Source: Orbicella franksi (taxonomy: Eukaryota). Taken from it: a stretch of 64,000 nt of DNA. Both the position numbers and the translations under genes were made by a program. Each line of letters starts with the position of its first letter. The stretch's first letter is position 1. The stretch lies in NCBI GenBank assembly GCA_964199315.1, contig OZ116706.1, positions 4,340,001 to 4,404,000 of the forward strand. Reading direction: 5' to 3'. The notes under the pieces were generated by a model that was given only the letters and a program-made list of their open reading frames with translations, had not been told where the DNA came from and made no database searches. Shown here one piece after another: positions 11,312-25,400 of this stretch.

Positions 11312-12794
11312 GCACATAAACACAGAGTAAATTACATTGGACCATCATGAGCTAAAAATAGATTCCTCAAATCTGGCCAATGATTTCACTGAGGACGAGT
11401 TAAAGCGAGTTTACGACGAATTTACGGCATGAGCAGCACGTTAATTAGACTGAAAATACCTGGAAAATACTAACTACAACATGCGCTTCCTAAACATTCA
11501 TGCTAATTAAGTGTAAGAAATTGAAATGCCTCAAGCCATTTGAGCCGCTTCTTGTCTTAGATGCATAATTTTTTCGAGCAAAAGATTTTTGCTGTCACTG
11601 ATGTAGTGTACTGGTAAACTGTAATGCTCATGTGAAAATATTGGTTTTTCCAGAACTGTGTATGAATTTCACATAACTACTTTAATTGATATTTCATTTT
11701 GACACTCGGTTTATTGACATATACACTGCATTCAAACCGAAAATTGAGTTGGAACCAAGTAGGTATTACAAATTCTCAAAGGTCATGACCCTACCTTTTC
11801 TAAGAAAACTAAACTGTTTGCTTTTAAATAGGCAGTTTCTCAGTGAAATTTTATCGTTTAAGGACATGAAATCAAGAGCAATTTGATGGATCACATCCGT
11901 ATAAGCGATCAATCAGTGCACTTAAGTGAGTGGCGGCAAGAACGGCAAACAACTGCCCTCTTAACAAGTCGGTAGTTCCTTGTGAGGAATATTAAAAGGA
12001 AAATGTTTGATCTGCTTCGCTATACAGTGTATTTCAGTTTGACACCTATATAATAACAAAAACATACTTCCGGCCCCAATATCAAGTTAATCAGGGCGTA
12101 TTGGTGTAGTAAATGTACCAAAGATAACAAGGGGCACTTATGTGATCTCGGGTACTTTAGTTTGAACAAAAATACCGGGCCGGGTTTTATTCACTTAATT
12201 CTTGATGTTATATACTTGTGAAGGTACTGCAGGATTCAAAATAAACTTTAGACAAGAGAAATCATTTTCAACTTAACACAAAATAGAGCATTTGTAGACG
12301 TTATATTTAAAACCGAAACTTGAATACTTGCCAAGCATAAAGACAATTGAACCAAGTACTATGAATTAAGGTTATGACCCTAGATTTCTTAGAAAAATAA
12401 CACTTTGTTCAACAAAGCAAGAGTTTTTCCGTTAGATATAGCCAGTCAAGAGGCAATTTGATAGACTTTCTAAGTAGTCATAGCTTATGTTTTGCCGAAC
12501 CCGTCAGGATATAACCGAGCAAGTAGCTACAAAAGAGTGAATGCCGCGAACACAGTTCCAGAAACTGCCCTTTTACTCAGTTTCGTTTGTATACGTTTCT
12601 TTGAATTTTGTTTACCGTTCAGTGATGTATTTTCATAACCATACATCAATGCAAGATACGATTCTCCTGAAATGATCTATACCAAGACTCTTTCTGTCGC
12701 TTCAAGTTGTTTGACAAAGTCATTTAACTCTCAATAGCGACTGGAGCTGAGGAAGCCATCAGTGTATGAGTTACGTCCAATTGCGGCCGTGGAA

Positions 12795-12864
12795 ATGAGC
12801 TGCTGGCCAAAAGGCGCTTTACCAATTTGCCTTCTTCTTGCAACAAACGTGTTATGGAGTTCAG
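12795..12864 (+). CDS. Alternative (distal) signal-peptide first exon of the RTK gene
   Basis: ATG at 12795, MSCWPKGALPICLLLATNVLWSS, 70 nt ending in phase-1 donor CAG|GTAAGA; in frame with the 17080 acceptor. Confidence 0.55.
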
Positions 12865-13509
12865 GTAAGAGTAATAATCATCGACAAACTTCACTGAGTT
12901 GTAGAATGGGGGATCCGGACTTATATCACATGCTATAATACTCATACAGACACTATTAATCTTGAATGGAATTCATTTAAGCGATCTCGTTCAACGAAAT
13001 AAACTTGATATACAATCCATCGCTACTCAATATTGAATTTTTGTTTGCAATAATATTGGCAAGTGCAAGAGTGTTATTTTCGAATTTTACATGTGGACGG
13101 AAGTTTATGGGTTATGACTTCTTTCATATCCGTCTTCCCGGTAATTCAATACACTCTACATTCCTTGACAGAAAAAAAAGGAGGAACCTCAAAATGGGAA
13201 AATTATCAAAAGCTCTTACGGCACGCGTTTGAAGGCAATCATTGTTCTATCACAAGAACTATCGAAAAACTTTAATGATTAAGTCAATTTAACGTTTTCC
13301 TTTGTGAGTGAGATCCTCATTCCATTGAACATAGTTCTTGTTACCACTTTACTTCTTTTTGGCCTTCTGTGACATCATCATTTATCGTCATAGCAATTGT
13401 AGTCATAATCCCTATCTTCATCGTCATCATTATCGTCGTCATGTTATCGGTCGTCTTCAGAACCGTTCTGAATTTCCTAGGTCTCGCACCGCTCAACTGG
13501 ATATTAAAA

Positions 13510-13922
13510 AGACGGTCGTACAGGGGTGTTCTCGTGATGCGCGATTAGCAGATTTTATTTTCCGTCAAACGTGAATTTAGGAAATTGTTCTTCGTGGCTC
13601 GTGACCTGAAGGTTTTGCGTGACCCGTGAAGAATCTGAATTATTAACCGATATTCGTGATTTTACCACTACGTGATTTTCAGACGCAAGTCCTCCGAATG
13701 GTTAGAGTCGTCTATCGAGAGTGACTTAAGCATGTGATTTGCAATATGGAGCCTTACTTTCTTCAAACACTGCTTCTAGTGTAAGAACAGGTCATTAGAA
13801 AGAGTATCTTACTTGCTTATTTTCGTGATTCGGGAAAACGAAACTTTTATATCCGTGATCCGTGATCCTCTATTTTTTCCGTTCGTGAACCGGGCCGCAG
13901 ATACCCCCCTGTACGACCCTCT
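13510..13922. mobile_element. MITE-like element upstream of the RTK proximal leader
   Basis: Inverted ends AGACGGTCGTACAGGGG / CCCCTGTACGACCCTCT; many internal CGTGA motifs. TSD unclear. Confidence 0.55.
13834..13845. promoter_or_regulatory. Second ISRE/IRF-like motif (inside the MITE)
   Basis: GAAAACGAAACT matches GAAANNGAAACT. Motif match only. Confidence 0.2.
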
Positions 13923-14651
13923 AAATATGCATGGATATTAGTTGAGCTAAACTTCTCAATGACACGGTGTTTGACTGTTCTGGGAGTATATCAGCGTAGA
14001 AAGACCTGTCCCACGACAAACAATGCAATCAGCAGTTATTGTCACAATGCGCAGTAATCCGAAACATCCAACAGCAAGGGAACTCGTGACGTAATTGCCT
14101 TACTTGAGAGTTCGACGTTTTTCTGCCCGTTGCATTGCGTGTTAACAGCAACTGATGTAACAGTTAAATGGTCGAGAAGTTAAACTAACGAAAGCGCAGG
14201 AAAAACTATCCTACAGTTTGACACTAGATTGATTAATCAGCCCCCGGTGATTTTGCTAAGCGATAGTCAGTCATCGGGTCACCGAAGAATGACCGCTTTT
14301 TCTAGGAAAGCTCAGCTAGCCGTGCATTGAGTTCTTGGAAACTATTTAAGAAAGCATCTTCTAATATTCAAATCCGTATAATTACCATTTTTCCGGTTGT
14401 TCACTTAGCTCCCGGTAGTTACCGTATTCTGCAATACTTAGAAAATTTGGGTGAAAATCTGAAAAAATCTGTTTCTCGTCGATTTATCCATCGAATCGTC
14501 TCACTGAGTTGACAAAGCTGGTAACTGATACAAGGTTATCGATCAATTTACAAACTAATGACGCTGTCATTAGAATGTTTAGAGTGCCATCATTATATCA
14601 AGTTAACAAGAGACAACTCAAGTCGACAAAACGTTTACGTTTTTTAACGCC

Positions 14652-17600
14652 ATGGTGCTGAACTTTAGTTTCACCATGGTCTTGGCTCTTGTTCTGAGCA
14701 GTAACTTTCCAGGATCAACATTTACTAAAGGTACGAATTCATATTGATAACCGGGCATACAAGTTGGATTCAAACAATTAGCTACGCTTGCACTATGCTT
14801 TTCTGCTAAAACGCCAGTCCAGCATATACTATATAATCAACGTTTTCGTAACAGTCTTTGTTTTATGGCAATCAATGTGACGTACTTTACATCTATTCTG
14901 AATATTGCCCAGCTTCTGTTAGTGAAATGTACTCTGTATTGGCCAGATGTTCAGTGTGTCTTTCTTCAACTTCCTTGATGATGCACACCCTTGTTATAAT
15001 TGCTTTAATTTCGCTTTGTTTCAGGGAAAGTTTCTTAACTATTTAGACCACTGCACTCCGTGTTTCCCTATCAAAGCTGACGTTCATTTCTTTATCACTC
15101 GCGTTCTTCAACTTATTTAAACCACAAATTATGTTCCTTAAGCAAATATTTACTATCTTTAACTAGTTTATAGACTAGAATCAATTTCTCTTTATCTCTC
15201 ATGTTATTGCGCGGTTATGATTGGTCCATTTATTAGGTCGTACTTTACTGTACTTCCGGCTAAAATTCGCCTAGCGTTCTTAACTTTCATAGCAAATAAA
15301 AATTTAAAACATTCGTTTTCTTTAAATTGTTTATCAAAACGTGGTAACGACTTAACAACGATGTCAAGTTGACTCGTTTTGTTTTCGACGTACGTTAGAA
15401 ATTTGAAGCGGTTCCGCGTGACTTGAAATCGTTTCCCGAACCTGTCAGACATATAGTAGAAATAAAAATAAATCGACGGGGGGAAAAACCTGCTCTGTTC
15501 GTAACTTACAGTTCGGACCTCAAACCTGGTTACTAAGAGGGATTTACACATGATATTGATTGACAGAGATTGATCGTATGAAGAGAGGATTGGTAGAACT
15601 TTTTAAAGATTGGACGAATTTAATCAAATTCATTGACCAGAGCAGTGAATTTTACTTGCTGAAAACCATAATTGGCTGTAAAAGCCCTGTTGATTAGCAA
15701 ATTAATGACTGCGTGAAATGACATTTTTCCCTAGTTCACACTTCATAAGCTAGTCATATCTAGGTGTCTAAATATATCGAGCAACATGACCTCCATAGGC
15801 TAGAAGGCACGCAAACAGCCACTGTCCAATTATTCCTCTTTCAGTTTACCCGCGATCTGCCCTGAAACTTGGTTCTTTGTTAATCATACAACTTTGTGCT
15901 CCTCCTTCTTCAATTCCTTGGTCCCAGGCTATTCTAAACTTTTTTATTATCATGTTATTACCACTATAGAAACATTGCTTTAATTTGAGTAAAGTTCACT
16001 CGGTTTATGTAAATTTGAACTGTAAACAGCAAATGTTCTACTTCTTCTCTCTTCTAACTGGCTCTCAGAAGGGGCTGCTAAAATTAATATTTTATAGTTT
16101 AGTCAATTAGAGACGAAAATCAGATTGTGAACAATTAGTTATTTTATTAAAATAGTGGGATTCGCATAGCTTATGGTAAGGTGGAATAAATCAAATATAA
16201 CCCGGAATTTCGAGTTACATTTAGACACGGACACTGAGTTTTGTCTGTGTTACGGCATCTCATGATCAGTTACTTGAGTTTTAAGTCATCTCTGGCTTGC
16301 ACTCACTAATAACATCCGTAGCTATAGCTAGAAAACTAGGAAATTAATAAATATGTACTATCATTGAAATAGAGTGTTGACTATTACACTTCGAATAAAT
16401 ACTTTTCGCAAAACAGCGCTATCTAAGGGGCAGGTCAAGGGGGAAGGTGCAGGGGGTGCGCACCCCCGCCTGAGATGAGGCCTTCTTCTTCGTATTCGCT
16501 TTTAAAATTTGTTTACCTCACCAGTCAGTTACCCCACTCCTTAGTGGTGCACCCCCTCCTAAGAAAAATAGTGGATCGGCCCCTGTCTCTGTTAAGTTTC
16601 AAACAAAAGCATTTGAGAAGGAGTAGGGACTGAGGAGTTTGTGGTATGATGGCACAGTCCCAGTTTCAGACGCTACGTACGACTTTAAGTTGTAAATCAG
16701 TTTCTACTGTCATTGAATATATAATATATAATATATAATATAGATTTGCAGAGTTGGATTATTTGGTCGAAGACATTTATTGCTACTCAGAGTTTCATGC
16801 TCCTTGCGAAGCAATCATCAGGCAAATGCCAAAAATAACGGATACACAAGAAGATATACAAAATTTGAAAATACAGAACAATGCCTAGTGGCTTGACATG
16901 CAGAGATGTGATTGGTAAAGTTTGTGAAGTTAGCGGGCTTCTCATAAAGGATCGCAGAATATTTCTATAACAACTTGACAATGATGTTAGGAAGATATCG
17001 AAACGTCTTTTCGTTTATTTTCGCTTACCTTAAAACGAAATCATTACTGACTGTAATGTTTATGATCTTTGTCCAATAGGTTGCCAAAAGCAGAGTTTCA
17101 CTCATAAACCCGCTAAGCCCACTCATGCCTACGTTGGTAGTAATGTTTCTTTAGAATGGCGCTACTGCCAGCCGAGTCATTTCAAACTTTACGAGGTGGC
17201 GTTTGGTTTATGGACGAGTTCCCCAGGTGTTCTGAGTAAAAAACTTGTGGCAGTCAGTAGGAGTGGTTCGGTCCAAGTAAGAGCAGGATACGAAGGCTTA
17301 ATTAGTTGGGCAGGAAATTTGGCATCTTCCCATGCAGTGTTTGTGCTTTATCATGTGCAGTCCGCAGACGAAAACAAAGTATTTGGAATCCATGTCGAGT
17401 ACAGTGGTTTAAATTCACCATTAATAGACACAGTACAGCTTCAAGTCGAGGTAGAACGTAAGTAGCAATTTCATACAAGGTTTATGTTACAGCTTTGAAA
17501 AGGGCTGATTATCAATTCAGAGTTTCAGAGCACTTTCTAAATCGAGTTTCACGCTTTTGTCGAAGAGCTGGATTAATGAATAAGAAGAAAATTAACAAAT

Positions 17601-20600
17601 TGACAATTAACGTCATTATTATGTAACGAACATTGATCCAGGCTTTTAATTTGGTTTGTAGCCATTACAGATCTTCCAAGAATCACCTATGTTACGACTC
17701 CACCCCTGGTCAGGACGGGACAAAATGTGAGCCTTAATTGCATAGCCAGCAGTCTTTCTCCTGTTAACGTCACGTGGTACAAAGGGAATAAAGTCTTGTC
17801 TGACGGTATGTCTGAGGCGGTGCTAACACTGAAGAACATCACAGATAAGGACTGGGGCGAGTTCCTGTGCGTTGCCAAAAATTCTGCAGGAGAAGATAAA
17901 AGGAGTGTTATCCTCAAAGGTAAATAAATTTGTTAATTAAAAACAGCATCAAACAGCTAACCGTCAAATGGAATATACTGATACCTTCAAGTCGGTGATA
18001 TCGGTTGAAAGGACTCCGATCCTTTCATTCTGCTCTCGAGGAAGCATGGTGCGTCCACCAGTACCCTCCTATTAGAGCGTACTCCCTTCAAATCAGTGGT
18101 TAGTAGCAGTGTTTTTGTAATCCGCTCCATTTTCTTTCGCCCCGTGATAAGCTTCACAAGCTTCAAATACACATTCTCGGGTCCTTCTTAATTTCATTCT
18201 TTCTGTTGCTATTAAGCATGCTCTTTGATAAGCTGTTAAATTTTTTAGTTGATTGACTTATGGCTCCATTTAAATAACATTGCTAAAGACTTATACTGTG
18301 AAATCTTTTTTTTTTCCTGCATAATAAATAAGTTCTCCCCGAGAGCCCAACGATATTGAACACAAATAGGAAAGTGCACAACTCCAGCTGGACCCTGCAA
18401 TGGTCACCGGTTTACAGTGAAGGACACTTGGTGACGTTATACACAGTGTGGCATACAAAAGACACAGCCACACGTGAGAAACCATGGTTACACGAAAATG
18501 TTACTGGTCTTTTGTTCCGCATGGAGCTTACCGCTGATACGTCTTACTTGTTCGCTGTAACAGCTTGGAACAGATGGGGCGAGAGTTCACTGGAAAGAGG
18601 AAAAATATTGTCCATAACAACAGACTTTCCACCTAGGATTACGCAGAAAACAGCCAAAACGATCACTTTTCTTCATACAGGTAAGGATAACTAAACACTG
18701 ATTTGAAAATGGATTTGCGGAACTTGGTCCTCAAAACCTGGACAGCCAACTCAACGACCCAGGCCTAGTTTTGACGGATCACTATACTGTTACTCGCACG
18801 CATATACGTAATATTAAGAGAAGATCGAGGTAAGAGAGTGAATCCACCATATAGGCTTTATACCCAGGGTAACCCATCTTAAGATATGTTTTAGAAATGT
18901 ATGAAAACTTAGCGAGGTCTGCCTCTACGCAATTAAAATATCAAAGAAGAAATCCCCACGGCGTTGGAGGTATTCCTTGCCTTCGAAACGAAACGAAACG
19001 AAACTTAAGGAAATCCTCCACGAGCTCCTTCATTGTAGAGCACTATATTGGTTCCAGCGGTGATCTGCACCTGAACTATATTTTTTTTTTTTTCTATATT
19101 TCTGGACCACGTCTCTATTTATCAGCTTGAAGTTGGTAAGAGCAAATTAACCGCCGGACCAAGTTTGTGACGTTGACGTTTTGAGTGCTGGCTCTTCGTC
19201 GTACTAAACAGGGTTAGAATACTGTTCTGGAAAATTCTGATTTTTCTCGTTTGCATAAGACATAAAAATCATGGTTAATCTCTTCACAATATTCACAACA
19301 TAAACTGGTGTGGACTGTTAGTTTTGGGAATATATATTCGACAATATTTATGACGCGATTCGTCGTGTCGGATCCATCCTTCGTGTCTAAAGCGTAACGT
19401 TATTACTGGTGTTGTTAGCGTAGTGAGGTAGAGTTTGCATTACATCTGTAAGTAAAGGATGAAGAAACTTACCATTTACCCTTATTACATGGTCTGGACG
19501 GGGTCTAATTCTTCGCAGGAAAAAAGATGGTACTGTACGATTTAGTTTAATGCCATGCGAAACCAAGAACACAGCCCATAAGGAGCAAGGAAAGCCACAT
19601 TTTGTAATGTTTGTTGCTCTGCTGACGAAATTGTGTATACTAGGTTTGAAGATATTAGAACTTTTCTGTACTTTCTTACGAACGTTGTCAGGGTTTTCGC
19701 GCGTTAAGAATTATGGGTAAATGTACCAGTCGCCAACTTTTTCTCGTACTGAGGATTGATAGCAGAGAAAGGGTGAACATTTTAATTGTCAGCCGAAATG
19801 GAATGACTCGTCAGTTTAACTTTTATCCGAGAGCTCCTCTTTCTTTTTTATTTTTTCGTTGACTATTAAACATCTCTTAATCTGTCCCTATGCATCACTT
19901 GCTGAAGAAAAAACTGATGACTGTTTTACAAAGTTTAATGGGAACTTTACTGATTAAAGTTGAACATGCACTTAAATTTGTTTTCAGTATCAACAGAACC
20001 TGAGGCATTGGCATTGCCCTCCAGCAGCTACACTAAAAATTCTGTCAGCGGAAATACTGAACTTACCCTCTATACAACTCTGTCTGTTATTTTGTGCATA
20101 CTTATGCTTGTGGCTGTCGCCATTTTCCTCAAACGAAGGAAACGAAACAACAAAAAGAACACAAGTAAGTAACTTACTATACGGATAAGTTGTCATCTTT
20201 CATTCAAAGCAATGCAGTACATGACAACTGACTTCAAGTAATAATATGACAAGTAAAGTAAAACAAATTAGGAGAGGGCATCGACCTTTCAAAGTGACTC
20301 CATCGCGAGACAAACGAAAAAAAAATTCCTCGCCTATCGTTTACCAAGAAAAAGAATAAATAAATTAATCATCTGTAGTTAACAAGGGCTAGGAAAACTG
20401 GGAAAACATGGTGCTTTTCAAATATCACTTGTCACCCGATTAACATTTAATTTATTTACCAGTATAGTACATAAGCATGGTAACGCAGCCTATTGTTCCA
20501 TTGGCTGAGCGATCGACTCGCAAAGCGAACGAGGACCAGAGAAAATTGGGATAAATAAATTATTAATACATGAAGAAGGAAAAAAGGAAGAAAAGAAGAG

Positions 20601-22427
20601 AAAAAAAAAACAACGAAGAAATAAAATATGAAAGAAATGAAGACGAAAGGTAGAGAGAAAGTAAGAAAGGGTGTGAAATGATGATAATAACAACTAAGAG
20701 AAGTTCATTGTAAGTACATTGATCTTCTCGTGTACCAACATAATGTCAGCTTAATCACATGATGCAATGGCTCCCTTCTGACATTCTTGTCTCGCTTGAA
20801 CAGGACAGCATGGCCAAGATATGCAAGAGTAAGTACTGATCACAAACGATAATGTTTTCTTGTACTTTTTTTTTTCGATATTTTAATGTTTTGCTTTTTA
20901 GGATATACATAGATCTAATTACTTACTCTACACGCGTCACGTGACTGAATGTTCCCCAGCTAAAACTGGGGAGTATTCGAGTGACATTCCCAATTTTCAA
21001 AACCGCGCGTGTAGCGAAAAGTATTTGAACAACAACAACAACCATTTATTTGTACTCACAATTTATAAAATAATTACAATAAACATTAAATTAGTATAGA
21101 GTACTGCCTGCCCAAAATAACCATAAGGGCTAAAAAGAATGGGCAGACATAAAGAATGGGCAGACATGAAGGATGATAAACGTGATAGCCTCCATTTCGC
21201 GCGAAAAATCAATACGCTCGGATATTTGTCCCTGGACATTATCTGTTCCTCAAAGCTCACAATTTTTCTCGAGCTAGGGTTTTCCTCTTAACCCTAACCT
21301 TTACGCTCTCGGAAAACTGTTCGTTTCTCGGACAGATAATATCCGCAGACAATTATCCAAGCATATTTCCGCGCCAAATGAAGGCTATTGTTTATTAACC
21401 GAGCGCGAGGGCCTTACTGGGAGAATATCACCCCGAGCCTCTTGACAGTGAAAGACTGAGGGCTGACATTCTCCCATTACGCAAGCTTGGTTGATGAGAG
21501 ATTTATTACACGGCTGAATATGTTTAGAAAAAAGGCCTCGATCAAGGACTGGAAAAAAGCGCGCAATTCTGCATGATTGGGAGCCTACTGAAACAAAACA
21601 GAAGAAAAAGAAAGTTGGAAGAAAAAGAAAAGGAATCTTTTTTGGAGCAATTAAATTTTTTGAGAGGCGCAAGCCATAAAACAAGCAGAAAATCTTCAAG
21701 AGTGATCGTGTGGGATTATTCAGGACAGTGCCCGGTCAAATACTAAGAGAACCCCATTGGACCGATAATTGGACAATCTAATTGGTTGATTTTAGTTATT
21801 AGCCTTCTGAACTAACGTAGTCGTGTAATAAAATATGTTGCGCCTTTTAAACGCGGAGAAAGGGCACTACCATATCAATCTATTATTATTGTTTGATATG
21901 TTCATGGGCCATTTGATACGTAAGAACTACATACATCACCACCATTCGAACTGCGATATCCTCAGTCGCCCAAAGGAAACAATGATATGCAGGAAAAACA
22001 ACAACTGAAAAAGATATTATTTTGCGTGAAGGTGGTTTAACATTTACACCGGACATTTGGTAATCTGCACGCGGTGATAAGAAATGCTAGGTAAATAAAA
22101 ACCGGCCCAGTGAGGTTTTGAACCGCTGAAACAGATTTATTGAACATTTTTTTAATGGGGCAATAGAACTGCTAGCCGAATAGCCGCTTTGGAACTCGTT
22201 ACCAAGATAATTTCAGGTTTTTCTTTTGTGTTTCTTTCAAAAATTTCTTTTCACTTTTCAACGTACAGGCAATTCATAGAAACTGGGTTATACTCAGAAA
22301 TAACGCTTCTAGTCTCACTTATTACAATCCACTACAAATAGCCAACAAAACACACTTGAAAAAAAAACTGTATTTGGAATAATGGATTTGTCGATTGATT
22401 GATTGATTGATGTATTGATTGATTGAC

Positions 22428-22466
<39 letters not shown>

Positions 22467-25400
22467 CTGACTGATTGATTCATCGATTCATTGACCCATT
22501 GATTCATTGATTTTCAGGATAACTGCATATTCGTTTACATCACACGAGAATCTTGCCTCTGAGGAGGTGGGTGATGTTTGATTTATTTCTCGCCTAAATG
22601 CAGCATCTTAATTTGCTCCGCTTTATTGTTTGGTTGTCGGCATCTGATCTTTGACTGGAATCACGATTTATTGCAGGCTCAAGAGACTGCTAATGAAACA
22701 GGATCCGTGATACTAGCAGAATCCTCATTAAGTACGCCGCAATCATCCTTGACTTTGGAACAGCCAACAAAATCGGTCAGAAACATGCAAGAAGAGTTTG
22801 ACCAACCAAGAACAGCTGAGTGCTTTGTGTTAACAGCAATCCAAACTGAATTGAAAACCAAAACTCTTGAATCTACGCCTCAGGCAGCTCCCTCCCCATG
22901 GAGAACGTTTCTTCCTCACAGCGGTGGTGAAAGAAGTGAACAGAATCAAGACATCAGTGTGGCTGAAATCAAAACTATTTCCTCTGAAGAACGGAATGAA
23001 ATTGTAATGGAAACGAACGAGGGATCTGTTCAACAGAGACATGAAGGAACAAGGATCCGGACGTTACAATCACTTGACGCCCTTGGACAGAACAGAGTAG
23101 TAACCGATACAATCCAAAGAAGGCACTCTTCGGAGGATTATCTTCAACCGGTGGACAACAATAAAGTCGCTAATAAAAGCACAGATAATTCTAGATTATG
23201 TCCTGAAAAAACCCAAACTTTAAATTGCCGCCCTCAACCTAAACCAAGAATGAAAACAACTGATAAATCATTACCATTTAAACACCCCACGTTCACTGGA
23301 ACGCTCTCGAACTTGCAATTCACAGAAATGCTAAAACCAAATATGTCACATGGTAGAGAGGCAGCTCAACAGTGCGCACGCGTCAACCCTCCTAACCAAT
23401 CAAATCACCTCTTTCCTGGAGCGAGAACTCGTCACGCAAAGCGGCATGGTTATCAGAACGATAAATTATCAGCAACTCCTTACCAGAACTCATTGCGGCC
23501 TGCTGGCAGTGTGGAGTCTCCATACACGCGCGTGCTCTGTACCACTAACTGGGAAGTACCAAAAGATCATTTGTCATTGTTTGAAGAGATTGGCGGTGGC
23601 TCATTTGGCCAAGTGTGGAAGGGCGCGGTGCTTGATGTAGCTGGCGCACAAGGCTGGTCAATTGTGGCCGTTAAAATGCTTAAGGGTGAGCAAGAGCGCC
23701 AAATTTATAGAATCAATGCAGCCTGCGATGATTTTTTACATCATGGTTAACATAATACTGGGATTTATTGTTATTTCTTTTGCAGAAAATGCGTCAAACT
23801 CAGATCTCAGGGATCTCTTGTCTGAGCTGGACTTGCTGAAGAAACTTAAACCTCATCCAAACGTGATACAATTGAAGGGCTGTTTGACCAAGGACGTTAT
23901 TCGTTGTAACGGAAAAAGGGATCTTAGTGAGTGACAAAATCTGTGAATGCAAAATACTTGTGAAAAAAGAGAAAACTCTTGTTTACATCAAATCTTGCCA
24001 CCCTTAAGGAGTGATTACTAGCATGATCACAAGTCAACATGCCGGCTTTTTTCCAAAGCGTAAAGCAGCCCTTTCAGACTGCAAAGCGGCCCGATGAGTG
24101 ACACTTGCGCTAGGGAACCCCCGCGTTCACGTTCGGTGCAACGACGCAGGCCTAAACACAAGCATGAGAAGACGTTGCGTTTACACATGGGTCAGCCCTG
24201 TTTACACATACTTCAATACGCTCGCCCATAACGCAGACTGTAAATACAAACTGGGTATTATGAACAAGAAAATTCTTCAAACACGCCCTTTTCATTTATC
24301 TACACAGTTGTTCGGTAAATTTTAAGGTGCGTCTCTCCCCTCTTTTCTGATGTGGAGCGTCTCCACCCCAACTTAACGTTAACAGATTTAACAGATGAAG
24401 GATGCGTGCAGCTGCACAAGACCGCACCAGTCTAAACTAGTAGTCTACTGCCGTGTGCCCTTTACAAACAGAATGAGTTATATAGCTGTCTCTTTGCTTG
24501 TTCATACCTCAGTCCGCAAAAGGGATCCGGATTTATCGGAGCAATCTAGGTTTTGTAAACCCACTAGCCCCGGGACGGAATTACCCAACAAACCCCGAGG
24601 TCCGTACCATTTCTTGTCAGAAAAAGCAATATTTTCATATATCTTCCGTGCAATATGGTACCCCTCGAACAAAACCAGAGTAAGCTCACTGCATTTGTTT
24701 CCTATAACCTTGGATTGACTGAAAACCGCTTAAAATACATCCAAGTAGATGACGAATACGGCAACTCTTTTCTGGAAGAGTCTCCCAGGGAAACCAGCAA
24801 TAACGCAACAGACTTTGCCTTCACGGCCTCCTATAACATTTATTATTTATTGTTTTATTTTATTTATTTTTTTATTTTATTATTTTTTTTTTCCATAGGA
24901 CCGCCTTTTGTAATCCTGGAGTTTGTTCCTCACGGAGATCTTCTGGGATATTTAAAGAAAAGCAGAGGAGAAACAGACGATTATTACAACTTGAGAAGCG
25001 CAGAAGTTCCACAGAAAATACCAAAACAACAACTTTACAAATTCGCTTCTGATATCGCTCGGGGGATGGAATTCATCTCAGCTCACCAGGTTTCTTGTAT
25101 TTAGACATTAACTCATTTATTTACTTCTCTCTCGGTCACTTGTCATTCCAATAATTGTTTTTTTTTTTTGGAAATTTATGAAGGTAGGCCAGTTTGCACT
25201 CTTTGACACACATTGAAAAGCGTTTGGCTAAAATATCGAGGAATCGGCGGGACTTTTCAAACTCAGTCGTTCAGCCCAGTCCCCCAAACTCGCAACCTGC
25301 AGTATAGACGCGTACTATTTCAAACTCTTTTTAATTTTAACTAGTCCCAGACCGGATCAAGACACTCATGATCTTAAAATAACTGAGGAGAAGTGCCGTC

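Noticed and set aside
12724-12945. Minus-strand ORF containing KFVDD, superficially an RT motif
   Set aside because: No other RT motifs, and the opposite strand is better explained as a signal-peptide exon.
13365-13500. Very hydrophobic TM-like reading frame (FIVIAIVVIIPIFIVIIIVVML)
   Set aside because: Derives from a degenerate (ATC/GTC)n trinucleotide repeat; no convincing splice sites.
21276-21300. TTAACCCTAACC, a possible interstitial telomere
   Set aside because: Fewer than two full units, embedded in a common interspersed repeat.
22322-22507. ORF with SINQ repeats
   Set aside because: Translation of the (ATTG)n microsatellite.
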